Positions 52,376 through 61,068 of a stretch of 64,000 nucleotides of DNA are shown here, in pieces; the stretch's first letter is position 1; every line of letters starts with the position of its first letter. The position numbers were made by a program, and so were the translations under genes. The stretch comes from a virus. The notes under the pieces were generated by a model. The model worked only from the letters and a program-made list of their open reading frames with translations, was not told the origin of the DNA and did no database searches. The stretch covers positions 96,001-160,000 of the IMG/VR virus record IMGVR_UViG_3300036399_001571. One strand, 5' to 3'.

Positions 52376-54369
52376 CAGAAATTTCTTATGTTGCGATTTT
52401 GGCCAGATGTTCTTTTGTACTGATTGCCCGGCAATCGAGGACGGTCTATTGTTGGTCCTTGGCTGCCGCGTGATTCACCAATTCTTGGACGGTCTATGGT
52501 TGGTTTGCCAACAGGGCGAATATCGTCCCGTCTACGGTTACCCGGTTTAATCTTGTTTGGATTGGAGCGGTCGATGTTGTCAGGACGACGTTTATCATTT
52601 GCTCCTGTTCTTTTGTCAGGACCATACAGCTGGAGTGTTCCATCACGCTGTTCTTTGATGTATTCCCTGTCTTTTGGGTCCTTTCCGTCGTATTGCTGCA
52701 ACTGTCCATCAGCGTCTTCCAGAATGTATCCCGGCTTATACTCGGACCGACTGGCTCTATCAGCCGAATCTGGTTTTCTATTTGGGGCTGAACGGTCTGT
52801 TCTGTCGGCGCCTCTGCGGTCATCTGCGCTCGTTGGTCTGCGCGAATCCGTCTGACCACGACGTGTTGCAGCATCTCTTGTTCCTTGAGCTTCTTGACGG
52901 CCGACACGAACTGGTTGGTCTCCTGCTACTCGGTTTCCAGTTCCTCTGTCAACGCTGTCTGGGCGTCTCCTATCGTCGGCGCTTGTAGGGCGGCGTGAGT
53001 CTGTTTGACCGCGGCGAGTTGCGGCGTCTCTTGTTCCCTGTGCTTCTTGACGACCCACACGAACCGGCTGGTCACCAGCAACTCTGTTGCCAGTTCCCTT
53101 GTCAATCGAGTCAGGACGACGTCTATCATCGGCGCTTGTTGGTCTACGTGAGTCGGTTTGACCGCGACGTGTAGCAGCGTCAGAAACTCCAGTTGTTTTT
53201 CCACGATTCGCCTGAACTCGCTCTGCCGAATCGATTCGACGAGCTGGCGGAGAATTATCGATTCTGTCCGCTGGTTTTCTATCTGCAGCAGATGAGCGCT
53301 GTGCCTGACCGGTAAGTCTGTCACTTTGCGCTTGATTTCTTCTATCTCTTGCTGCATCCGTGTTTGCTCTACCGATTTGTGCTTGCGCTTCAGCCCCAGC
53401 TCGCACCGTCTGCTTGTCAAAAGCAGCTCTTGCTCTAGCTCTTGCGTCTCTTTCTTTCTTTGAACGGTCTGCTACGTCCCTGTTCGGCTTGATGCCTTGA
53501 GATGCAAGCTGTCCACGTACAAATTTTCTACGTCGCTTTTCATAGTCAGTGTTGCTTTGACGCTTGTACGGAACTCGCTGTTCATCTGGCGTGCCATCAA
53601 AAATCATTCCGTCGCCGTCAGCATCAACCATGTCGAGCGAACCCTGGGCTGTTGCGCCAATTGTTCCACCGCGCTGCTGACCTATGGTCTGTCCTTGAAG
53701 TTGCTTTTCTTCTACTGATTCAGAATCATCTTTTTTCTTTGTGTTCTGGTATCTCTCAAGAAGTCTCTTGCCCTTAGCGGCGAGCTTCGCTGCATCTTCT
53801 GCATTCTTTGGAACTCTTTCACCCCAAGCTGCAGCAGAAAGAGCCAAACGTGTTGCTCTACCTTTTTCATCGACCATTGGGCCTGATGGATTCGTAAAAA
53901 ATCTTGTTAGGAATGAACCCTTGCGACGCATCTTCTCTGGCGTATCAGCAGCACCCTTCACTCCAGGCTTTAGGTTTGAGCCTTCTGTTCTGTTGAAGTG
54001 CGCTCTCCCAGCTGCTGTCAAACCACCCTTTGGGTCTTTTAGTTTTTGCTTTGCTGATTTCTCATCTACCGGAACGCAGTTTGGAACCATCTTTCCGGCC
54101 TTGCTTCTCTTCATCCCGATTTGCTTATAACCGTCCCAGCACGGACTGTCTGATGCTTTTGTTTCGTTGTCCTCGAAAGAGTCAAAATCATCCGAGTAAT
54201 TATCAAACACTTTTGACGAGAAGTACTCGTCGTATATAGGCATTAATTCTTCGTCATCTACTTCTGATACCACTTCAACCTTGAGATTGAGCAATTCTTC
54301 GAAAAGTTGGTCGTCATCTATTTCGTTCATTTCACAATTCTCCCATATTTTTATTGGTTTGAAGGACAA
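52375..54369 (-). CDS. Large repeat-containing protein with a DUF6321-like domain, putative internal head protein
   Basis: CWDGYKQIGM..VPNCVP; DPKGGLTAAGR..RRKGSFLTRF; DADGDG; Arg/Asp-rich repeats. Confidence 0.7.
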   Translation of the reverse strand: MSFKPIKIWENCEMNEIDDDQLFEELLNLKVEVVSEVDDEELMPIYDEYFSSKVFDNYSDDFDSFEDNETKASDSPCWDGYKQIGMKRSKAGKMVPNCVPVDEKSAKQKLKDPKGGLTAAGRAHFNRTEGSNLKPGVKGAADTPEKMRRKGSFLTRFFTNPSGPMVDEKGRATRLALSAAAWGERVPKNAEDAAKLAAKGKRLLERYQNTKKKDDSESVEEKQLQGQTIGQQRGGTIGATAQGSLDMVDADGDGMIFDGTPDEQRVPYKRQSNTDYEKRRRKFVRGQLASQGIKPNRDVADRSKKERDARARARAAFDKQTVRAGAEAQAQIGRANTDAARDRRNQAQSDRLTGQAQRSSAADRKPADRIDNSPPARRIDSAERVQANRGKTTGVSDAATRRGQTDSRRPTSADDRRRPDSIDKGTGNRVAGDQPVRVGRQEAQGTRDAATRRGQTDSRRPTSADDRRRPDSVDRGTGNRVAGDQPVRVGRQEAQGTRDAATRRGQTDSRRPTSADDRRGADRTDRSAPNRKPDSADRASRSEYKPGYILEDADGQLQQYDGKDPKDREYIKEQRDGTLQLYGPDKRTGANDKRRPDNIDRSNPNKIKPGNRRRDDIRPVGKPTIDRPRIGESRGSQGPTIDRPRLPGNQYKRTSGQNRNIRNF
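52825..53190 (-). repeat. 153-nt (51-aa) intragenic tandem repeat, about 2.4 copies
   Basis: DAATRRGQTDSRRPTSADDRR occurs three times; equivalent positions at 52868 and 53021. Confidence 0.85.
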
Positions 54370-54381
54370 TAAATGATAACA

Positions 54382-54915
54382 CTAGCCAGCGTCAACAATC
54401 ATGTGAATCCTATGAGTGGAGCCATTGTTGTCGACTCTGTGAACCCTGTTGGTGTTGTCTATCACCCAAATCTCCCCTGGTTTTAAATTCTTAGAAATAC
54501 CACCAACCGTGAATGTGCAGGAGCTATTTGTGACAATAGGTATGTGTATTCTGTGAGTGTTTCTGGTGACCACCCCCTGGTCTTTATGCGGCTTAATAAT
54601 CCCTCCAGGGTTCATCCTTGTCAACATCGAGGACGTTTCTGAAACTTGACCAATGGATTCTCCTGCAATTTTGCATATTTCCATTATGTCCGAACTGAAT
54701 TGTTCGTAATGTTGGTGCTTTTCTGGACTGTACTCATTGGACTTTGGAGAATACTTCAACGGGATTGTCTCGGTGTGATAACTGGCTATCCCCCCTGTGT
54801 TTTTTCTACCCTTATATTCACTCCAATCTAGGTCATTGAAGGATAAAACCTTATTCAGTAGATTCTGAAAGTCTGGGAAAATTCCCACATATCTAAATGC
54901 TTCATTTTCTTTCAT
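54382..54915 (-). CDS. Aspartyl/asparaginyl beta-hydroxylase-like 2OG-Fe(II) oxygenase
   Basis: PGGIIKPHKD; RIHIPI; GEIWVIDN..HRVDN..RIHMIVD. Confidence 0.88.
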   Translation of the reverse strand: MKENEAFRYVGIFPDFQNLLNKVLSFNDLDWSEYKGRKNTGGIASYHTETIPLKYSPKSNEYSPEKHQHYEQFSSDIMEICKIAGESIGQVSETSSMLTRMNPGGIIKPHKDQGVVTRNTHRIHIPIVTNSSCTFTVGGISKNLKPGEIWVIDNTNRVHRVDNNGSTHRIHMIVDAG

Positions 54916-54930
54916 GAAATCATCCTATAT

Positions 54931-54978
54931 AAAGCAAAAACCTCACGCCCCCATTGCTGGAAACGTGAGGTTTGCTTT
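54931..54978 (-). terminator. Terminator after the major capsid gene
   Basis: AAGCAAAAACCTCACG / CGTGAGGTTTGCTTT. Confidence 0.7.
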
Positions 54979-54991
54979 TACTTGGTTTGAA

Positions 54992-56368
54992 TTACGCTTC
55001 TGGAGCTCCGTCGAAGTCAATCGAAACGAACGCTTCTGGACGCTTAACAGCGAGAGCAAGTCTCTGTTCTGCAAGAATCACGATTGCGTTGCGCACGAAG
55101 AAGTCTGAGTGCTGTTCCGAAATTCGGATTGAAGCCTGCTCGCGGTCGTACAGCTGTGCAGCAGTACCGAAGGCGCCGACGAGGCCGGTTCCTTCTGTCA
55201 TTGCTGGAGTGTCGATAACTGGCATTCTCCAAACGCGTGGCTCGCCACCCATTGCAACCGAAACTGCGATGAGGTATTGACCCTGCTCGTCCTTCGTCAA
55301 CTCGATGTCTTCCCAGTCGTTCGGGTGCAATACAACGCCCGATGGCTCGTAGTAAGCCAAGAACGAGAGTGTTGCGGCACGACGGATTGCATCAGCCTTG
55401 GTGTCTGCTACTGGAAGTGTTGCACCATCTGACCAGGCGTATGTCTGGATGTTTGGTGTGTTCAAAACGCCCAAGAGGTTCTCGCCAGCGCCGTCGCCAT
55501 TGAGGATTTGGTTGTCTTCCAACAAACGAAGGCCGTACATCAATTCGTTGTCGATGATTGAACGCAGCTGTGGCTCATCGGCAAGGACGTTGCGGTGTGC
55601 AGCTTCCCAGTGTGCCAATGTGCGAACAGGAGCCTGCTCACCAACGAATGAGAATGATGACTGTGGCTTCAACGCGAATGCGTTGTTTCCACCGTTACGC
55701 TCTGCGATTGTTGATGCCGAGTTAACACCAGCAGCGTAGCCGTAACCCTCCTGGATAGGAGTGGTGAAACCGAGCTGACGGAAGTACTCAATAACAGCAG
55801 CAGTTGTTGTGCGAACTGGGAACAAGTCACGAACACGCTTTGTGCGCATTGGCTGTGTAATCATCGCATCGCGCTGTACTGAACCAAACGAGCCAAGACG
55901 GCTGTTTGTTACGTCAGTGCCAGGAAGTGCTGAGTAAACGTCCTTCACATTGTATGAACCAGATGTGAACGAAGCCTTTACCTGCCATGGTGCAACCATG
56001 TTTGCGCCGTTACGGCCGTTTGCGAGTGTCTTGAATTCAGCTGAGTCCAAGAACATTTCGCCGATTGACTTGATTTCACGGCTTGAAAGCTGTGCAACTT
56101 CTGCACTTGCTGCAGCGAATGAACCTGCAACACTTTCTGCTGGCTGTGAAGCCCAAGAATCAACGCTGTTCATTGTCTGCATACCGTCAATGAGGCTCTT
56201 GATTTCCTTGATGTCTGACATGTTCTTGTCGAACGCTGTCTTCTGCTCAGGGGTGACGACAACTGTGCCGTCTTCTACACGGAATGAATCCGCAATGGCC
56301 TTATTATCGGCCATCTTTCCACGAAGTGCACCTTGCAGTTCGTTTAATCTTGCATTGTCTTGCGACAT
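54992..56368 (-). CDS. Major capsid protein, HK97 fold, with an N-terminal coiled-coil delta domain
   Basis: VRTLAHW; QLRSIIDNELMYGL..EDNQILNGDG; LHPNDW; RVWRMPV; EQRLALAVKRPEAF. Confidence 0.95.
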   Translation of the reverse strand: MSQDNARLNELQGALRGKMADNKAIADSFRVEDGTVVVTPEQKTAFDKNMSDIKEIKSLIDGMQTMNSVDSWASQPAESVAGSFAAASAEVAQLSSREIKSIGEMFLDSAEFKTLANGRNGANMVAPWQVKASFTSGSYNVKDVYSALPGTDVTNSRLGSFGSVQRDAMITQPMRTKRVRDLFPVRTTTAAVIEYFRQLGFTTPIQEGYGYAAGVNSASTIAERNGGNNAFALKPQSSFSFVGEQAPVRTLAHWEAAHRNVLADEPQLRSIIDNELMYGLRLLEDNQILNGDGAGENLLGVLNTPNIQTYAWSDGATLPVADTKADAIRRAATLSFLAYYEPSGVVLHPNDWEDIELTKDEQGQYLIAVSVAMGGEPRVWRMPVIDTPAMTEGTGLVGAFGTAAQLYDREQASIRISEQHSDFFVRNAIVILAEQRLALAVKRPEAFVSIDFDGAPEA

Positions 56369-56520
56369 GTTTTGCTCCTATTGGAATTGATTGAGGGTTG
56401 GGTTGTTAACTTTTATTGTGGCTTAGGTAAGCACCCAGCCCTAGTTATATAAAGTAACAGAGATTTACACCTTTTAGTGGAACTACTTTATTTGCAAACA
56501 AAAGTGTGTAAATGATTAAA

Positions 56521-57240
56521 TTAATCTTCTGTTAGTTCTTCTTGGATTGATTTTTTTCTTTTTAGTTTTCCTAGCTCTTCTCGTAAAACTGTTCTGATTA
56601 CATTTCTTTCTTGCGCAGCTCTTCCTCTTCGCCCAAGCGAAGTTGTGCCGGCTAAACGGGCGTAATCACTCATGTTTGTGCATGGCATCCAAACTGCCCT
56701 GCCAGTTTTGGATATTCTTCTGCTTATCCCAATACACCCCATTTGACGCGAACGAGCACGAGCTGATTCTGGGTCAGTAAAAACATCTGGGTCGTTGTCT
56801 CTAACGTATTGAGGTCCAGTCATTGCCGCTTTTGCCATGCTCGCACCAAACATGTTCATTGTTGGGCCGCCAGAAACAGTTGAGCCGCTTGATACGGATG
56901 AGCCAACGGCTTGGGGTGGGGCGAACTGATTTGGGCCAGAAGTTATTCCTGGAGCAGAGCCGTTAATCCCCTGTATTGGCCGTTCATTAAGTTTTTCCCA
57001 ACCATCTCTTTTTTTCTTGCGTTTCTTACGACCTACTTCTTCTCTTTCTAAACGCCCTTCGAACGATGACTTCTCTTTCCATTTAGAAGTTTCGGCTCTA
57101 TTGGAAATTCGCTCCAAGGAATCCATTGAAGCACAAGGCATCCAATTCCCGTCTTCGTCTTTGTGTGCTCCTCTGCATCCAATCATTTCTGCAACACGAA
57201 GAGCTTCCATCTTCTTGACTAATTCTTTTTGCTTAGCCAT
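56521..57240 (-). CDS. Head-associated hypothetical protein with two GC.G...WMPC modules
   Basis: AEMIGCRGAH..WMPC and SRQMGCIG..WMPC. Confidence 0.7.
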   Translation of the reverse strand: MAKQKELVKKMEALRVAEMIGCRGAHKDEDGNWMPCASMDSLERISNRAETSKWKEKSSFEGRLEREEVGRKKRKKKRDGWEKLNERPIQGINGSAPGITSGPNQFAPPQAVGSSVSSGSTVSGGPTMNMFGASMAKAAMTGPQYVRDNDPDVFTDPESARARSRQMGCIGISRRISKTGRAVWMPCTNMSDYARLAGTTSLGRRGRAAQERNVIRTVLREELGKLKRKKSIQEELTED

Positions 57241-57241
57241 C

Positions 57242-57967
57242 TTAGAATCGCTTCAGTCTTTGCTCTATAGCTTTGCTTATTCTTGTGCCATGGCTTAATT
57301 CTTGGTTTTCAGATATTGATTTAACTCTTCTCAGCGAGCGGTTGCTCGTGCAGCCAATTTCTGACTTCTCGTCAATAAATCGAGATATCTTTCTTGACAT
57401 GCCAAATCCTGCTGTTTCTTGAATTTTCATAGATTCAAAGGATTGTTTGTATTCTGAGCGTTGGTCGATAAATTTTCCAGATTTAGTATCGATTGAGACT
57501 TTTTTACTTTTTGCCTCTTTTATCAAAGAAATCTTTTTAATTTTATTTTTGAAAGATTTTGCTCTGTAGTCGAACTTTGAGAATTCTGATGAATTTTTAT
57601 CCACTTTCTCTGATTTAGTCTCAATTTCTGAATTCTTGTTAATTATGGTTCTACCAACAAAAATAGTTTTTGAAGCAAAAGTCTTCTTAATTACCTTTTC
57701 GGCAAATTCATTCAATTCTATTTTCTTTGACAATGTTTTATCAATAATTGATTTTGCTGCATTATCGCTAACAGACTTGAATGTAGTTGATTCAGTCCAT
57801 TCTGGAGCTTTTATATCAGCTTCTGAAGAAACTGTCTTTTGGGCGTGCTCAGCCCAATCCGAACCCATTTCATGGAAACCATAAAAAGACAAAGAATCAT
57901 CACTTTTCACAACTAGTGCAAATGGAGTATCTCTGACTACATCTTTAATTACGAGTATTTCAGGCAT
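57242..57967 (-). CDS. Hypothetical Lys/Ser-rich protein in the head module
   Basis: Start revised to MPEIL (GGTGGA SD, overlap with the upstream stop). Confidence 0.7.
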   Translation of the reverse strand: MPEILVIKDVVRDTPFALVVKSDDSLSFYGFHEMGSDWAEHAQKTVSSEADIKAPEWTESTTFKSVSDNAAKSIIDKTLSKKIELNEFAEKVIKKTFASKTIFVGRTIINKNSEIETKSEKVDKNSSEFSKFDYRAKSFKNKIKKISLIKEAKSKKVSIDTKSGKFIDQRSEYKQSFESMKIQETAGFGMSRKISRFIDEKSEIGCTSNRSLRRVKSISENQELSHGTRISKAIEQRLKRF

Positions 57968-59990
57968 TTGTTCCACCTTTGAGTACTTCAACAATGCTTC
58001 TCTTGCTGTTAGAAAGTGTTTCTAGTCGGTTTTTGTATAAAGTTTCTACTATCGACAAGTGTGTCTTTTCTCCGGCCGAGAGACCATCTTTTTCGAATCT
58101 TCTACGTAGCTCATTCATCTTAAAAGAGCGTGCCCTCTTGAGTAGGGCTTCAATGTGTTTTCTATACGCAACCTGCTGGTCCTGTTTCAAGTTGTTGTAG
58201 TACTCGGAGTACCTGGCACCGTTTGAACCCTGGTAAAAACCAGCGATGGTCATTTTTGTTCTCTTGGATATTTGAATCTTGTCAAGGTCAACCAACCCAG
58301 AGGTCACGTTCTGTGCAAGCATCGGCACTGCGCCTTCAGGGGTTGTTAATGGGTAAATTGAAGAACTTGGTCTGTCTCTTTGGTCTGTCAAGAAATCAGA
58401 AATCATTATCGTAGCAACATCTTCTGGCTTGAGGTCCGAGAACTTTACGTCAGGGCTAAATTTTGCGCCCTTTAGCGCTGTTTCGACATCTTCTCGGATA
58501 TATCTTCTCTTATCAGACGGCTTGTCAGCAAAGATTACGTCAGGGGATTGTAGGCCAAGATGTTGCTGAACATCTGACGCAAATCTTTCAGCCAAGTGCT
58601 GATACTTGTCTGGAGATGAGTAAAGAAAGTATTTATCTGCGCCAATCGTTAGAAGAGACTGGTTGTTTGCAAGTTTTCTTTCCTGTATAAGCTTGCTGTT
58701 CGACAATAGTTTTGGCATGATTTCCGCTGAAACCATAGATATCGAGCCACCAGCAGAGATGTGTTCAATTGCAGCTTCAAGTGAGGTTATTTTCTTCCCA
58801 GTTTGAGCATTTGATGACGACTGTCTCGCAACGGCTGCACTTTCTCCTGCAGGAGCTTTTGGCCTTCTTTTTCCGGAGAAAGCCTCTGTGGCCCAACGAA
58901 ATTTACCTTTTACTATCTCGTTTGGATTCTTTAGTCCTATAAAGTTTTCCGAGTATCTAATTCCATCACCCGTTTCGTCTGCAACCATCTTCAGCTTCGA
59001 TGCAGGGTCGGATGTTGACTGCGACTCAATTGCCGTATTGACAGTGCGACCAAGTTTCCTTCTCTCACCAACTGAAAGCTTTCTTGCCTTCTCTAGCGTG
59101 ATTGTGGAGCCACCAGGCAAAACATAGACAAGAGACTTAACGCCAGTATTCGAAAGAAGTCCAAGCTCGTCGTTGCCTATGTCATCTGGAGAAAGAGCTG
59201 AAAGGATGTATGTTGCGCCTTCCATGTCTCTGTTATCCGGGATTGCTCTCAAAACCTTTGCAGGGACTACTGGCTCTAAAACAAAACCGTCTCTTCTAAC
59301 CATTCTTGTAGCCTTGCCGTTATATCCACCAATTTCTGAAACCATTCCTTTTACTTGTTCAGCAGCAGAACGTGGATTATCAAGAGATACTTTTGGAATC
59401 TGTGGCTTGCGTGATTCAATCAGATTTCCAGGCAGGTCGCCACCGGTAAGAGGTTTTCCTGTTACGGGCTCTGGTTTTGCTGGTCCGCGTCCTGCGCGTC
59501 GAAGAGCAGCAACGAGCATCCTTAGTGGTGACGGAATATCAAAAAGTTTTGCTCCGCAAGTTGATAGACGAGAGTCAGTAAATCTTCCACCGTACTGGTA
59601 GCCCTCTGGACATCTGTAGCCACGATTTTGTCCTGGCTTTGAACCACCGACACCACCAGGCTTTCCAGGGGTAAGTGTTCTGTATATAGCAGAACGAACT
59701 GGAGAACGAATTGGGTCTGAGTCTCCGGGTATAGCAAGGCTTCTCAATGTTGAACCAATGCGTGATGCTTTTGTCTGTATCTCTACAGAGTCAAATGCAC
59801 TCTTTCTGAGTATTCTGTCCGTGCCATTACGCTTGGATAAAGCCTTGAATGACACTACATTTTCAGAAAGCTTCATTCTTGAGCGCGCAATATTATGCAG
59901 ATTCTTTGCATCAATATCTGCAATTACGATACGCGCGACAACTACGGCACGCTCAGGGCAGCATGGCAATGAGCCATCAATTTCACTCAT
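57960..59990 (-). CDS. Large putative internal head protein with a degenerate HipA/PI-kinase-like C-terminus
   Basis: GYRCPEGYQYGGRFTD motif; ERFASDVQQHLGLQSPDV; IMISDFLTDQRDRP. Confidence 0.65.
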   Translation of the reverse strand: MSEIDGSLPCCPERAVVVARIVIADIDAKNLHNIARSRMKLSENVVSFKALSKRNGTDRILRKSAFDSVEIQTKASRIGSTLRSLAIPGDSDPIRSPVRSAIYRTLTPGKPGGVGGSKPGQNRGYRCPEGYQYGGRFTDSRLSTCGAKLFDIPSPLRMLVAALRRAGRGPAKPEPVTGKPLTGGDLPGNLIESRKPQIPKVSLDNPRSAAEQVKGMVSEIGGYNGKATRMVRRDGFVLEPVVPAKVLRAIPDNRDMEGATYILSALSPDDIGNDELGLLSNTGVKSLVYVLPGGSTITLEKARKLSVGERRKLGRTVNTAIESQSTSDPASKLKMVADETGDGIRYSENFIGLKNPNEIVKGKFRWATEAFSGKRRPKAPAGESAAVARQSSSNAQTGKKITSLEAAIEHISAGGSISMVSAEIMPKLLSNSKLIQERKLANNQSLLTIGADKYFLYSSPDKYQHLAERFASDVQQHLGLQSPDVIFADKPSDKRRYIREDVETALKGAKFSPDVKFSDLKPEDVATIMISDFLTDQRDRPSSSIYPLTTPEGAVPMLAQNVTSGLVDLDKIQISKRTKMTIAGFYQGSNGARYSEYYNNLKQDQQVAYRKHIEALLKRARSFKMNELRRRFEKDGLSAGEKTHLSIVETLYKNRLETLSNSKRSIVEVLKGGTNA

Positions 59991-60648
59991 AATCCCCACC
60001 GCAGCATTCTGCAGACTTGCGACCAGAAGGGATTTCAAACTTTACGGTTTCGCCTTTTTCGTCTTCACCCTCCATTTCCCAGTTATTGTCATCCCTGAGC
60101 AATTCTGCAAACTTTGGTTCCATCTCAATGAAGTCACGCAAAACGCTAAAAGCGTGAAGAATGTCTGATTCGGTTACTACGTCATTTGGCTTTTTGTCAT
60201 TAGCGCCTTTGAATTCATGGAAGAAAACATCATCTTCGTAGTACGAGTCATTTAATGACTTCTTTGCAGTTCTCTTTGCGGCGCTGCGGAGATGGCTGGC
60301 AAACTCAGTGTTCGTCCAATTTCTCTTCTTGAGCTTTCCGCGGCAATTCTTCATGCCCGGATGATGGCATCCCTCGTTTGGCCAAAGACCAGTTGTTTCA
60401 TGATGTAACCATGCGCAAATATTGTTCAATGGGTATAGCTCTGGGTGGTTTGCAAGAATCACTCGGCAACGACGGAATCCGCCTGGTTTGCGCATGATTG
60501 GTCGCCAGTAGCGTAAAAGTCTTTCTAGGTTTCCACGACGAGGGCCGTATCCACGGAGCAGGTCGCCAGTAACCAGCTCTTGAGGGATTATTCCGCCAAG
60601 AGGGTCGAGTTTCACTTCGTTATTTTCGAATTCAGAACTCATTGCCAT
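59983..60648 (-). CDS. Head-module hypothetical protein
   Basis: LLRYW..GGFRRC..CAWLHHETTGLWP motif recalled from actinophage head-region proteins. Confidence 0.7.
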   Translation of the reverse strand: MAMSSEFENNEVKLDPLGGIIPQELVTGDLLRGYGPRRGNLERLLRYWRPIMRKPGGFRRCRVILANHPELYPLNNICAWLHHETTGLWPNEGCHHPGMKNCRGKLKKRNWTNTEFASHLRSAAKRTAKKSLNDSYYEDDVFFHEFKGANDKKPNDVVTESDILHAFSVLRDFIEMEPKFAELLRDDNNWEMEGEDEKGETVKFEIPSGRKSAECCGGDYE

Positions 60649-61066
60649 CCTCGTGTTTATTTGCGGAATTGTCTACCTTATAATCTACCATTTTAATGAG
60701 ACTCTTATTATTTATAAAGTCAATTGCTCGTGCATTCTTCTTTTCGAGCTTCACTTTTGTTTCACCAACTGTTGACAGTGTTGTTATGCCCTCAAGAACT
60801 TCTTTTTCTATTTCGACATCTTTCTTGATGAACGTCTCATACCACTTGCCCTTTGTTGGATTCTTGGGAGCATCCCATAGAGAACGATGAAACTTGGTGT
60901 TTCTAATCTTGTTTAATCCTTGCGCTTTTGAAGCCCATGAAAAGAAGTGAATCTTTACAGAAGAGCCATCTGGCCTAACGATTGCTCCGTCCTTTTCTCC
61001 AGCCTTTGCGTCCACGTCGTAGTAAACCTTATTGCCGTCGTATGTTCCAACAAGTACAGCTTTCAT
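60632..61066 (-). CDS. Hypothetical protein
   Basis: 144-aa ORF in the head operon. Confidence 0.7.
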   Translation of the reverse strand: MKAVLVGTYDGNKVYYDVDAKAGEKDGAIVRPDGSSVKIHFFSWASKAQGLNKIRNTKFHRSLWDAPKNPTKGKWYETFIKKDVEIEKEVLEGITTLSTVGETKVKLEKKNARAIDFINNKSLIKMVDYKVDNSANKHEDGNEF

Positions 61067-61068
61067 GA

